A stretch of 20,078 nt of DNA from PVC group bacterium (GTDB taxonomy: Bacteria > GCA-001730085 > JADFSZ01). Position numbers and translations under genes: made by a program. Of this stretch, positions 1 through 8,460 are shown one piece after another. Below the pieces are notes generated by a model. It was not told the origin of the DNA and ran no database searches. It was given only the letters and a program-made list of their open reading frames with translations. The stretch spans positions 1 through 20,078 of the forward strand of contig JADFSZ010000005.1 in the NCBI GenBank assembly GCA_022560555.1, written 5' to 3'. How positions within the stretch are numbered: the stretch's first letter is position 1; every line of letters starts with the position of its first letter.

Positions 1-102
1 GGCAAATGGCAGTGATTCCTGAGCCAGACATTTATCTAAATTATTATTTATGAGTTAGTTGTGATGAATAGAGTTTTTTGGCCTCTAATTTGCGTTTTAA
101 CG

Positions 103-163
103 AAGGAACCTTTGAGTCTATTTTGCCATATATAAGTCTATTTTGCCATACTAAGGAACCTTT
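103..163 (+). repeat. Nested direct repeats upstream of the secretion ATPase gene, arranged X-Y-Y-X. X is the 11-mer AAGGAACCTTT and Y is the 16-mer AGTCTATTTTGCCATA.
   Basis: AAGGAACCTTT occurs at 103-113 and 153-163. AGTCTATTTTGCCATA occurs at 115-130 and 135-150 (perfect copies, 20-bp period). The first Y copy supplies a TTGCCA -35-like hexamer (124-129), followed 17 bp later by CATACT (147-152). Confidence 0.8.
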
Positions 164-178
164 ACACTAGCCCTATAT

Positions 179-1952
179 ATGTCAATATTTCTGAGAAACC
201 TTCATAAGCGGAAAATCCTGACGGATGAGCAGGTATCGCACATTCGTGAGCATCTGGCCACTAAGGAAAAATCCGTGTATGAGCTGGTTCTTGAAAAGAA
301 CTATCTCAAGATTTGTGATCTCAAAAAAATTCTTCGTGATACTTTTGATATCCCTCATTCGAATTTGGAAGAGAAGGACATAGATCCCAATGCCGTGGGG
401 TATCTTTCGTATGAGTTCGCCGTTAAGTACGGAGTTTTTCCTCTAAAGGTAGAAGATAATGATTTAATCCTCGCTATGTGTGACCCAACCGACATTATGG
501 TCCGGGATAATATCCAAGCCATGACTTCAAAAAACCTGAGACCATTTTTTGCCGAAAAATCCCGCATCCATAACTGCATTCAAAAATATTATAAACTCGA
601 AGGCATTGTGGGCGATATGTGTGATGATTTGTCCCTGTTTGAGATTTTGGATTCCTCTCAACATAAAGAAGTCAATCTTGATCATTTTGATACGAAAGGT
701 TCTAATGACGCGCCTGTGGTGAGGCTCGTAAATCAAATCATAAGGGATTCCTGTTCGCTGTCGGGCGAGTGACATACATATTGAACCTCAGGACGCGGGA
801 GTGCAGGTGCGGTATCGGGTTGACGGGGACTTGAAAAATATTGCCAAGCTGCCAAGGAAGCTTAAAAATTCACTTGTGGCCCGTATCAAAGTCATGAGTG
901 GCTTGGACATCGCGGAGAAGCGTAAACCTCAGGACGGGGGAATTAAACTTAATATGGGAGATCGAAAAGTTGATCTAAGGGTTTCCATTATTCCGATTTT
1001 CTTTGGCGAAAAAATTGTGATCCGGATTCTGGATCCTAAAGGAACGAAAACACAGCTGGAAAGTTTGGGGTTTAGTGACAAAGATTTGAGAATTATTAAG
1101 GGCGTCATCCAGAAACCCCAAGGCATGGTTCTCGTGACGGGCCCGACGGGTTCCGGAAAAACATCAAGCATTTACGCGGCATTGAATTATGTAAAATGCG
1201 AAGAAAAAAACATTATTACAATCGAAGATCCTGTCGAATATCTTATGAACGGAATCAATCAGATCCAAGTGAACATAAAGGCGGGTGTCACATTCGCCAA
1301 AGGTCTTAGAAGCATACTTCGGCAAGACCCGAATGTGATCCTTGTCGGGGAAATTCGTGACGATGAGACCGCGGAAATCGCTCTTCGCGCATCGATGACG
1401 GGCCATTTGGTTTTTTCTACACTTCATACGAACAGCGCGATCGCAACATTCGCGCGACTGTATGATATCGGCATGAAGCCTTATTTGGTGGCTTCTTGTT
1501 TATCCCTTGTCATCGCTCAGCGATTGGTCCGAATCAATTGTCCCAGATGTTCCGAGCCTTATTTACCTTCCTCGCAACTTCTTGATCGGTTTCAAAATTA
1601 CTTTAAAAAAAGACCTGTGGATGTTTTTAGCAAAGGGCAGGGATGTGATCATTGTCTTGGATCCGGATATTTGGGGCGTACGGCTGTGTATGAGTTTATT
1701 CTCGTGACAGACCGCATTCGCGAATTGATTGTTCAGAAAGTTGCCGAGGGAGAGATTCTAAAAGAACTGAAAAGAACAGGTTTTAAAACCATTATTGAAA
1801 ACGGATTAGAAAAAGTGGCTGAAGGGATTACAAGCCTGGAAGAAATATCTAACATCATTGAGTTCTCAGATGATATCCATCGCTCGGTGGAAAACGTTTT
1901 AAAAACACATCCGATCTTGCTGTATGCCAACACGAAAAAAAGCCCCCGATGA
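179..1952 (+). pseudogene. gspE: GspE/PilB-family type II secretion / type IV pilus assembly ATPase, interrupted by a +1 frameshift. The fragments are 179-772 and 801-1952; the true reading frame resumes by about 750.
   Basis: The N-terminal fragment has a T2SSE_N-like domain ending ...APVVRLVNQIIRDS and then hits a stop at 770-772. In the +1 frame from 750 the sequence reads PVRCRASDIHIEPQDAGVQVRYRVDG, which continues the conserved family block. Downstream motifs are Walker A GPTGSGKTS, Walker B-like ILVGEIRD, His box GHLVFSTLHTN, and the tetracysteine CPRC...CDHC. Confidence 0.85.
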
Positions 1953-2128
1953 CAAAGCTCTCCAAAAGATCGAGAATCGAAGATCTTCACCCGCAACCAC
2001 GTCGGTTTACTCAGGGAAATCTCGAGCGAGAAATAGTCTAAGCTTAATTAAATAAAGTTGTTATACGTAACAACAATATTACAAATATATTGTGAAAATT
2101 AAAATAAGACTTTTTTTTACTTATTTTA

Positions 2129-2157
2129 TTGACAATTTTCGTGGTTTTTGTTATATT
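2129..2157 (+). promoter_or_regulatory. Near-consensus sigma70-type promoter (P1): TTGACA-17 bp-TATATT, with an A/T-rich UP-like tract upstream.
   Basis: TTGACA at 2129-2134, a 17-bp spacer, and TATATT at 2152-2157. The ORF-track entry 2129-2359 starts on the TTG of this -35 hexamer and is probably spurious. Confidence 0.6.
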
Positions 2158-2220
2158 CTATAACAAGAACAATGTCTCAGGATTTGTGAAAGGTGCTGAT
2201 AAATGGGTGTTTACAGCTAG

Positions 2221-2256
2221 CTCCTTCCAGCGCAGATTTGGAAGGGGATCTTTTTT
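2221..2256 (+). terminator. Intrinsic-terminator-like hairpin plus T-tract, located between P1 and P2 upstream of the Rrf2-suf operon.
   Basis: CTCCTTCCA (2221-2229) pairs with TGGAAGGGG (2239-2247): 9 bp including one G-U pair, with a 9-nt loop. ATC then TTTTTT (2251-2256) follows. The opposite strand has no T-run, so the element is + strand specific. Confidence 0.6.
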
Positions 2257-2265
2257 GAAGAAAAA

Positions 2266-2284
2266 TAAGTTAAAAAATAACTTA
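2266..2284. promoter_or_regulatory. 7-5-7 inverted repeat TAAGTTA-AAAAA-TAACTTA just upstream of the P2 -35; candidate operator, possibly for the Rrf2 regulator.
   Basis: Perfect 7-bp arms at 2266-2272 and 2278-2284, ending 6 bp before the P2 -35 hexamer. Confidence 0.35.
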
Positions 2285-2290
2285 ATTATC

Positions 2291-2319
2291 TTGACACAAA
2301 TCCAAGGGGCCCTAATAAT
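2291..2319 (+). promoter_or_regulatory. Sigma70-type promoter (P2) for the Rrf2-suf operon: TTGACA-16/17 bp-TAATAAT.
   Basis: TTGACA at 2291-2296 and TAATAAT at 2313-2319. The start codon of the regulator lies about 30 nt downstream. Confidence 0.55.
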
Positions 2320-2349
2320 GTCAACCCTTAACCGAATAAAGGGCATTCT

Positions 2350-2832
2350 ATGCTATTAATTCACAAAAAACTTGAATATGCCATTATTGTTTTAAAATTC
2401 CTGCATAAGCTGTATCCGGGAGAGCGTGCGACAGCTAAAGAGATCAGTGAACACTACAAAATGCCTTTTGATTCCACGAGCCGTGTGATGCAGCTTATGA
2501 AGGACTGGCATCTGCTCAAAAGCGAACAAGGCATGAAAGGCGGATACTCGATCACGGCGGATCTGAATCATGTGTCTCTGCTGGGCTTGATGGAATGTGT
2601 CTTAGGGCCGGTAGAAATCACAAATTGCCTCAATAAGGAATACGGAAATTGCGAATTAACGTGTCAGTGCAGTATTATTCCATCGATGATTTATTTAAAT
2701 GAAAAAATACTCTCGCTGTATAAAACAATCACACTTTATGAATTGATGACGATTGAAAACAAACAGGAATCCCAAAAGATCAAATCAGAATATTTAAAAA
2801 GAAACACGGAAAAAATTCACGGATTGGTATAA
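2350..2832 (+). CDS. Rrf2-family transcriptional regulator (IscR/NsrR-like) with an atypical cysteine cluster.
   Basis: 160 aa. The N-terminal winged-helix region ([10 protein letters not shown]...[24 protein letters not shown]) is typical of Rrf2. Cysteines C93/C101/C105/C107 lie in [22 protein letters not shown] Shine-Dalgarno sits 6 nt before the ATG. It is the first gene of the suf cluster. Confidence 0.85.
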   Translation: MLLIHKKLEYAIIVLKFLHKLYPGERATAKEISEHYKMPFDSTSRVMQLMKDWHLLKSEQGMKGGYSITADLNHVSLLGLMECVLGPVEITNCLNKEYGNCELTCQCSIIPSMIYLNEKILSLYKTITLYELMTIENKQESQKIKSEYLKRNTEKIHGLV

Positions 2833-2866
2833 TTGTCGTTCTAAATTCAAAATAAAGGTGCTTTTT

Positions 2867-4336
2867 ATGGAACATCCTTCAAAAAAAACACAAACGGAAG
2901 TAACGATTTCAGAAAATCAACTTGCCGGTGATTATAAATTTGGTTTTACGACGGATGTTGAAACGGAAGATTTTCCCAAAGGTATCAACGAAGGCATCAT
3001 CCGGCTTATTTCTGAGAAAAGAAATGAACCGGAATTTATGTTGGAATTCCGCCTGAAAGCCTTTCGTCACTGGGAGACGCTCGAAGAGCCCCATTGGGCG
3101 CACCTGTATTATCCAAAGATTGATTATCAAGCCATCCGGTATTATTCGGCTGTGAAAAAGAAGGAGGATGGGCCGAAAAGTCTGGATGAAGTTGATCCTG
3201 AGGTTGTGAAAACATTTGAGCGCTTGGGAATCCCGGTGCAGGAACAAAAACGCTTGAGTGGTGTTGCCGTGGACGCTGTGTTTGACAGTATCTCAATGGG
3301 AACGACCCATCAGGATGTTCTCGCGAAAGCGGGTGTGATTTTTTGCTCATTTTCCGAAGCCATTCAGAAGCATCCCGAGCTCATACAAAAATATCTTGGC
3401 AGTGTTGTGCCGTACACGGACAATTTTTTCGCGGCCCTTAACGCTGCCGTGTTTAGCGATGGCTCCTTTTGCTATATTCCCAAAGGAGTGCGAAGTCCTT
3501 TAGAATTATCAACATATTTTCGTATCAATGCGATGGATACGGGGCAATTTGAAAGAACACTGATCGTGGCTGAAGAAGCGAGTTATGTCAGCTATCTCGA
3601 AGGCTGCACGGCCCCCAGCCGGGATGAAAATCAGCTTCACGCGGCTGTTGTGGAATTGATTACCATGAAGCATGCGGAAATCAAATATTCGACCGTGCAG
3701 AATTGGTATTCGGGTGATAAAGACGGGAAAGGCGGAATATTCAACTTTGTGACGAAACGGGGAAAATGTGTCGGAGCGCATTCTAAAATATCCTGGACGC
3801 AGGTGGAAGCCGGCGCGGCGATCACATGGAAATATCCAAGCGTGATCCTCCAGGGAGATTATTCTATCGGAGAATTTTATTCGGTCGCCTTAACCAACAA
3901 TAAGATGCAGGCGGATACGGGAACGAAAATGATTCATGTTGGTAAAAACACCCGGAGCAAAATCATCTCGAAAGGAATCTCCTGTGATCAGTCTGTGAAC
4001 AGTTATCGGGGGCTGGTTAAGATATTGTCCGGGGCTGAAAATGCCCGCAATTATTCGAATTGTGACTCCATGCTCGTGGGAGATCAATGTTCGGCGAACA
4101 CTTTTCCATATTTGGAGATTAATAATAACACAGCGACAGTTGAACACGAAGCCACAACATCCAAAATTAATGCCGAGCAGATTTTTTACCTGAAAAGCCG
4201 CGGCCTGGATGACGAAGAAGCTATTTCCCTTTTGATCAACGGGTACTGCAAAGATGTCTTTCGTGAACTCCCCCTGGAATTCTCCGTAGAAGCCATAAAA
4301 CTCCTCGAAATGAAATTGGAAGGAAGCGTAGGATAA
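2867..4336 (+). CDS. sufB: Fe-S cluster assembly scaffold protein SufB.
   Basis: Full-length SufB-like sequence (...[23 protein letters not shown]..., ...[12 protein letters not shown]...). The ORF opens at GTG 2858, but ATG 2867 has AAGG 8 nt upstream and is preferred. Confidence 0.95.
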   Translation: MEHPSKKTQTEVTISENQLAGDYKFGFTTDVETEDFPKGINEGIIRLISEKRNEPEFMLEFRLKAFRHWETLEEPHWAHLYYPKIDYQAIRYYSAVKKKEDGPKSLDEVDPEVVKTFERLGIPVQEQKRLSGVAVDAVFDSISMGTTHQDVLAKAGVIFCSFSEAIQKHPELIQKYLGSVVPYTDNFFAALNAAVFSDGSFCYIPKGVRSPLELSTYFRINAMDTGQFERTLIVAEEASYVSYLEGCTAPSRDENQLHAAVVELITMKHAEIKYSTVQNWYSGDKDGKGGIFNFVTKRGKCVGAHSKISWTQVEAGAAITWKYPSVILQGDYSIGEFYSVALTNNKMQADTGTKMIHVGKNTRSKIISKGISCDQSVNSYRGLVKILSGAENARNYSNCDSMLVGDQCSANTFPYLEINNNTATVEHEATTSKINAEQIFYLKSRGLDDEEAISLLINGYCKDVFRELPLEFSVEAIKLLEMKLEGSVG

Positions 4337-4480
4337 AAAAGACATGAGTCATGTGTCATGAACTCAAAAACAAAAGTCATGACTCACTGCGCATGACCAA
4401 TGACGATTCAATGCAGGTGATCAATCGAGGATATCAGCTAGTTACGTCATCATAATTCAAACACAGCAAAGGGAATAAAA

Positions 4481-5236
4481 ATGTTAGAAATTAAAGATTT
4501 ACACGTAAGCGTTGAAGAAACGCCGATCTTGAAGGGAGTCAACCTCAAGGTAAACGCGGGCGAAGTGCATGCGATTATGGGGCCCAACGGGTCCGGAAAA
4601 AGCACACTTGCCAAAGTGATCGCGGGGCATCCGGCGTATGAAGTGACACAAGGGAGCATCACATATGAAGTCAACTTTAAGGAGATAGATTTAATGGAGC
4701 TAGAGCCTCATGAACGGGCCAGAAAGGGTGTTTTTATGGCCTTTCAATATCCTGTCGAGGTTCCCGGTGTGACAAACACATCTTTTCTTCAGGCCGCGTT
4801 TAACGCAATCTGCCGCGACCAAGGTGCCGAAGAAATGGATGCGATTGATTTTGATGTCTATCTGCATGAAAAAATAAAATTGCTCAGTATGGATGAGAAA
4901 TATCTCAACCGCCCGCTGAATGTGGATTTTTCCGGCGGAGAGAAAAAGCGGAACGAAATCCTTCAAATGGCCGTGCTGACTCCGCGGATATCATTTTTGG
5001 ATGAAACAGATTCAGGCCTTGATATTGATGCCTTGAGGATCGTAGCGGCCGGAGTCAATAAACTTAAATCTAAAGATAACGCGATTGTTCTGATTACGCA
5101 CTACCAAAGACTCCTTAACTATATTGTTCCGGATTTTGTTCATATCATGATTGACGGGAAGATCGCTGAGACTGGCCATAAAGAGCTGGCCTTAACGGTT
5201 GAAGACCGTGGGTATGATTGGCTGAACAAAAAATAA
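4481..5236 (+). CDS. sufC: Fe-S cluster assembly ATPase SufC.
   Basis: Walker [13 protein letters not shown] signature [13 protein letters not shown], Walker [13 protein letters not shown], and the HYQRLL motif. AAAGGG Shine-Dalgarno 7 nt upstream. Confidence 0.95.
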   Translation: MLEIKDLHVSVEETPILKGVNLKVNAGEVHAIMGPNGSGKSTLAKVIAGHPAYEVTQGSITYEVNFKEIDLMELEPHERARKGVFMAFQYPVEVPGVTNTSFLQAAFNAICRDQGAEEMDAIDFDVYLHEKIKLLSMDEKYLNRPLNVDFSGGEKKRNEILQMAVLTPRISFLDETDSGLDIDALRIVAAGVNKLKSKDNAIVLITHYQRLLNYIVPDFVHIMIDGKIAETGHKELALTVEDRGYDWLNKK

Positions 5237-5278
5237 GTGTATTTCTAAAAAAACATTTTTAATAAATAAAGGAAATTT

Positions 5279-6631
5279 ATGGAAATTGATCGATCAATCA
5301 AAGATCCGTTTTTAGATAACTTGCAGCGCCTGAAGACATCAACGGAGAACGGACACCTGTCAAAAGGCGTGCGGGAAATCCAAGACAAGTTCTGGAATGA
5401 CCTTCTCGAAATGGGATTTCCGACTAGAAAAACTGAGGATTGGAAATATACAGATCTTCGTCCCATCACGTCTTCGGAATATCGATGGGCAAACTCGACG
5501 GAATTTATGCATGAGGATGATCTTAAAAGCTTTTGCGATGGTAGCGATGGGGTTTCTGTTGTCTTTATAAATGGATTATTGTCTGAAAAATACTCTCATT
5601 TGGATCAGTTGCCCGAAGGCATTACGATTCACTTTTTAGATGACATTTTGACTTCAACGGATGACGCAACAAGCCGGCTGCGCGATGTTATATATAAGAA
5701 CAATTTTGACGAGGCTAAAAAAATAAAATTAGAAGATCCTTTTTACCTCCTTAATCAAAGTGTCTCCAAAAATGGGTGTGTGATTGAAGTTAAAAAAAAT
5801 GCTGTGATCCAAGAGATGATTCATCTCGTCTATGTCACGGACGAAAACGCAAGCGGATGTATGATGAATCCGACGAATGTGATACTTGCGGGAGCGTCTT
5901 GTGAGGCCTCAGTTTTAGAAAGTTACGTGAGCTTTGATCAATCAAAGTTTTTTATGAATCCGATCTCGAAAGTGTATCTCGAAGAAAACGCAAAGCTTGA
6001 ATATGTGATTCTTCAAGCCGAGAGTTATGAGTCGTTTCATGTTAAGAATACGCAAATTGTTCAGAAAAAGGACAGTCAGCTGATGAACTATACTATATCT
6101 ATAGGAAGTGCATTGCTGAGGAATAGTTTGTGGATCAAGCTCGATGATGAGGGTTGTTACTCTAGTCTTGACGGGCTTTATATGCCTACGGGGAAGCAGC
6201 ATATGGACAACCACACATTTGTGGAGCACGCCAAGCCGAATTGTTCGAGCAATCAGCTTTATAAGGGGATCCTTACAGATGCCGCGCGCGCAGTTTTTAA
6301 CGGAAAGATTCTTGTTCGTCCCGGCGCCCAAAAAACGAATGCGTACCAGCTCAATAAAAATATTCTCTTGAGCCGGCAGAGCCATATAGACACAAAGCCG
6401 GAGCTGGAAATATATGCCGATGATGTCCGCTGTACGCACGGAGCCACCATCGGCCAATTAAATGAAGACGAAATATTTTATTTCGAAAGCCGGGGAGTAT
6501 CCAGAGAAAATGCCGTGCAGATGCTGTGCCATGCGTTCGCGAACAATGTTTTAGAACGCATAACACATAAAACGATAGCCGGAATTGTTATTCATCTTTT
6601 AGAAAAAAAATTCTCGTGGATGAGCAAATAA
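5279..6631 (+). CDS. sufD: Fe-S cluster assembly protein SufD.
   Basis: 450 aa. The C-terminal SufB/SufD beta-helix block (...TKPELEIYADDVRCTHGATIGQLNEDEIFYFESRG...) and its position after sufC support the call. Confidence 0.9.
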   Translation: MEIDRSIKDPFLDNLQRLKTSTENGHLSKGVREIQDKFWNDLLEMGFPTRKTEDWKYTDLRPITSSEYRWANSTEFMHEDDLKSFCDGSDGVSVVFINGLLSEKYSHLDQLPEGITIHFLDDILTSTDDATSRLRDVIYKNNFDEAKKIKLEDPFYLLNQSVSKNGCVIEVKKNAVIQEMIHLVYVTDENASGCMMNPTNVILAGASCEASVLESYVSFDQSKFFMNPISKVYLEENAKLEYVILQAESYESFHVKNTQIVQKKDSQLMNYTISIGSALLRNSLWIKLDDEGCYSSLDGLYMPTGKQHMDNHTFVEHAKPNCSSNQLYKGILTDAARAVFNGKILVRPGAQKTNAYQLNKNILLSRQSHIDTKPELEIYADDVRCTHGATIGQLNEDEIFYFESRGVSRENAVQMLCHAFANNVLERITHKTIAGIVIHLLEKKFSWMSK

Positions 6632-6635
6632 AGAA

Positions 6636-6736
6636 ATCACAAAGACTTAAGGAGAAAGAGCTAAAATCAGAATCTCTGTGAACTTGCCGGCCGACAGGCT
6701 CTGTGTCCTTTATGGTGAATAAAAGAGGGCTTTAAC
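6636..6736 (+). repeat. Copy A of a conserved intergenic element (sufD-sufS gap).
   Basis: It shares four blocks with copy B: ATCACAAAGAC (11/11); CTAAAATCAGAAT[C/T]TCTGTGAAC (22/23); CTCTGTGTCCTTT[A/G]TGGTGAA (20/21); GCTTTAAC (8/8). The central variable segment is TTGCCGGCCGACAGG. Confidence 0.85.
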
Positions 6737-6749
6737 GAAATTAAAGATT

Positions 6750-7979
6750 ATGTTAACCATGGAAACGAATATATCTAAGATACGTCAAGATTTTCCTGCC
6801 TTAAAGCGCTTGGTGAGGGGTCGTGATCTCGTGTACTTGGATAATGCCGCGACCACGTTAAAACCTCAATCTGTTATTGACGCTATTACGCATTATTACA
6901 CGGATTTATCAAGCAATGTTCATCGAGGTGTGCATTTTTTATCCGAAGAAAGCACAGCCCGGTTTGAAGAGGCCCGGGAAAAAGTGTCTCAGTTTATCTC
7001 GGCCAGGCAAAGTGCCGAAATTGTATTTACGCGTGGAACAACGGATGCCATCAACCTTGTCTCTCAAAGCTACGGAAAAACTTTTATCAAGTCCGGGGAC
7101 GAAATTCTAATCACAGAGATGGAGCATCACTCGAATATTGTGTCCTGGCAAATTTTATGCAAAGAAAAAGGATGTGTTCTCAAGGTGGCCCCCATTACGG
7201 ATGAAGGGGAACTAGTCATGGATGAGTTTGAAAAACTCATCGGTCCTAAAACGAAGATGATTGCTCTTGTGTATGTTTCAAATGTTTTAGGAACCATCAA
7301 TCCGGTTAAGGATATTATCCGTCTGGCTCATGAAAGGAATATTCCTGTTTTGATTGATGGGGCGCAGGCCGTGGGGCAGTTTCCCGTGGATGTTGTGGAT
7401 CTGGATTGCGACTTTTTTGCGTTTTCGGCACATAAAATGTTCGGCCCGACCGGAGTTGGGGTTTTATACGCCAAAGCCGAATATTTGAATCTCATGCCTC
7501 CGATTCAAGGCGGTGGTGACATGATCCTGTCTGTCAGTTTTGACAAGACAACCTATAACACAATTCCTTATAAATTTGAAGCCGGCACACCGAACATTGC
7601 GGGTGTCATAGGTTTGGGGGCGGCCGTCGAATATATCAATCAGCTTGGATTTGAATCTATTGTGCAACATGAAAAAGATATTTCAGCTTATCTGACACAA
7701 TCTTTAGGAGAAGTTGAAGGCCTAAAAATTATTGGTAGGGCCAAGAATAAGGTTCCCATTGCTTCTTTTGTTTTGGATCATGTTCATCCGCATGATATCG
7801 GAACTATTATTGATGAAGAGGGAGTGGCCGTCCGTACAGGTCACCACTGCGCTCAACCGCTTATGTCTCGATATGGCTTGCCGGCAACCGCTCGTGCCTC
7901 TTTTTCGCTTTATAACACAAAAGAAGAAGTTGATATATTGATTAAAGCGATCGAAAAAGTGAAAGCGGTGTTTAAATAA
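6750..7979 (+). CDS. sufS: Cysteine desulfurase SufS (class V aminotransferase, group II).
   Basis: PLP-lysine motif SAHKMFGPTGVGVLY, catalytic cysteine loop RTGHHCAQP, and N-terminal IRQDFPAL. The start could be ATG 6750 or ATG 6759. Confidence 0.95.
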   Translation: MLTMETNISKIRQDFPALKRLVRGRDLVYLDNAATTLKPQSVIDAITHYYTDLSSNVHRGVHFLSEESTARFEEAREKVSQFISARQSAEIVFTRGTTDAINLVSQSYGKTFIKSGDEILITEMEHHSNIVSWQILCKEKGCVLKVAPITDEGELVMDEFEKLIGPKTKMIALVYVSNVLGTINPVKDIIRLAHERNIPVLIDGAQAVGQFPVDVVDLDCDFFAFSAHKMFGPTGVGVLYAKAEYLNLMPPIQGGGDMILSVSFDKTTYNTIPYKFEAGTPNIAGVIGLGAAVEYINQLGFESIVQHEKDISAYLTQSLGEVEGLKIIGRAKNKVPIASFVLDHVHPHDIGTIIDEEGVAVRTGHHCAQPLMSRYGLPATARASFSLYNTKEEVDILIKAIEKVKAVFK

Positions 7980-7980
7980 C

Positions 7981-8436
7981 ATGACGGACAACAGAGAACT
8001 GTATCAGCAGGTCATACTGGAGCATAACCGTAAGCCCAGAAATTTTGGGAAAATCGAGACATATACCCATCGGGCCCATGGGGACAATCCTCTCTGTGGG
8101 GACGCCTATGATGTTTATCTATCCATTAACACCGATGGCTTGATTGAAGAGATCAATTTTGACGGCCATGGATGCGCTATCTCAAAAGCATCGGCATCCA
8201 TGATGACAGCCAGCCTCAAGGGGAAGACGGTTGAGGAAGCCGAAGGCTTGTTTGAAGAGTTTCATCAACTGATCATGAAAAAAATGGACCCGAACAAGGA
8301 TACGCATAAACTCGGGAAATTAACTGTTTTCTCGGGGATCTGGCAATATCCTGCTCGAGTCAAATGCGCGACATTGAGTTGGCATACGATGAAGGGTGCG
8401 CTCAATCATACGAGCGAGATCACAACAGAAGTATAA
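7981..8436 (+). CDS. sufU: SUF-system NifU/IscU-type sulfur-transfer/scaffold protein SufU.
   Basis: Three conserved cysteines in NPLCGD, GCAIS and RVKCATL. The gene starts 1 nt after the sufS stop, consistent with translational coupling. Confidence 0.9.
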   Translation: MTDNRELYQQVILEHNRKPRNFGKIETYTHRAHGDNPLCGDAYDVYLSINTDGLIEEINFDGHGCAISKASASMMTASLKGKTVEEAEGLFEEFHQLIMKKMDPNKDTHKLGKLTVFSGIWQYPARVKCATLSWHTMKGALNHTSEITTEV

Positions 8437-8460
8437 AATCAAAAAGGAATCACCGCAGAG

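Noticed and set aside
1949-2041. 30-codon ORF (MTKLSKRSRIEDLHPQPRRFTQGNLEREIV) whose ATG overlaps the gspE stop in an ATGA junction.
   Set aside because: An ATGA overlap suggests coupling, but the upstream gene is frameshifted. The peptide has no recognisable motif or hydrophobic segment, and I cannot test conservation. It could be a remnant of a decayed gspF-like gene or pure chance.
2129-2359. 76-aa ORF (MTIFVVFVIFYNKNN...) in the gspE-Rrf2 intergenic region.
   Set aside because: It starts on the TTG of a consensus -35 hexamer and runs through a terminator hairpin and a second promoter. It is low-complexity and AT-driven with no recognisable family, and it ends inside the Rrf2 gene. It is better explained as regulatory DNA.
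3890-4345. Long antisense or alternate-frame ORFs inside well-supported genes. Examples: 3890-4345(-), 5942-6457(-), 8635-9048(-), 10644-10955(-), 16105-16590(-), 16259-16654(-), 17509-17868(-) and 17028-17288(+).
   Set aside because: They are shadow ORFs lying wholly within strongly supported CDSs (sufB, sufD, nfu, fpr, pntAA, pntB). Their translations are low-complexity or Arg/His/Ser-rich with no family resemblance.
4351-4455. 34-codon ORF in the sufB-sufC spacer.
   Set aside because: It has no Shine-Dalgarno and no recognisable motif. The region's repeat and hairpin content explains the sequence better. It is mentioned under the spacer finding only.
6712-6735. Mini-ORF MVNKRGL inside repeat copy A.
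   Set aside because: The corresponding stretch of copy B is in a different frame and has a different length (3-nt indel plus substitutions). The repeat is therefore not conserved as a peptide.
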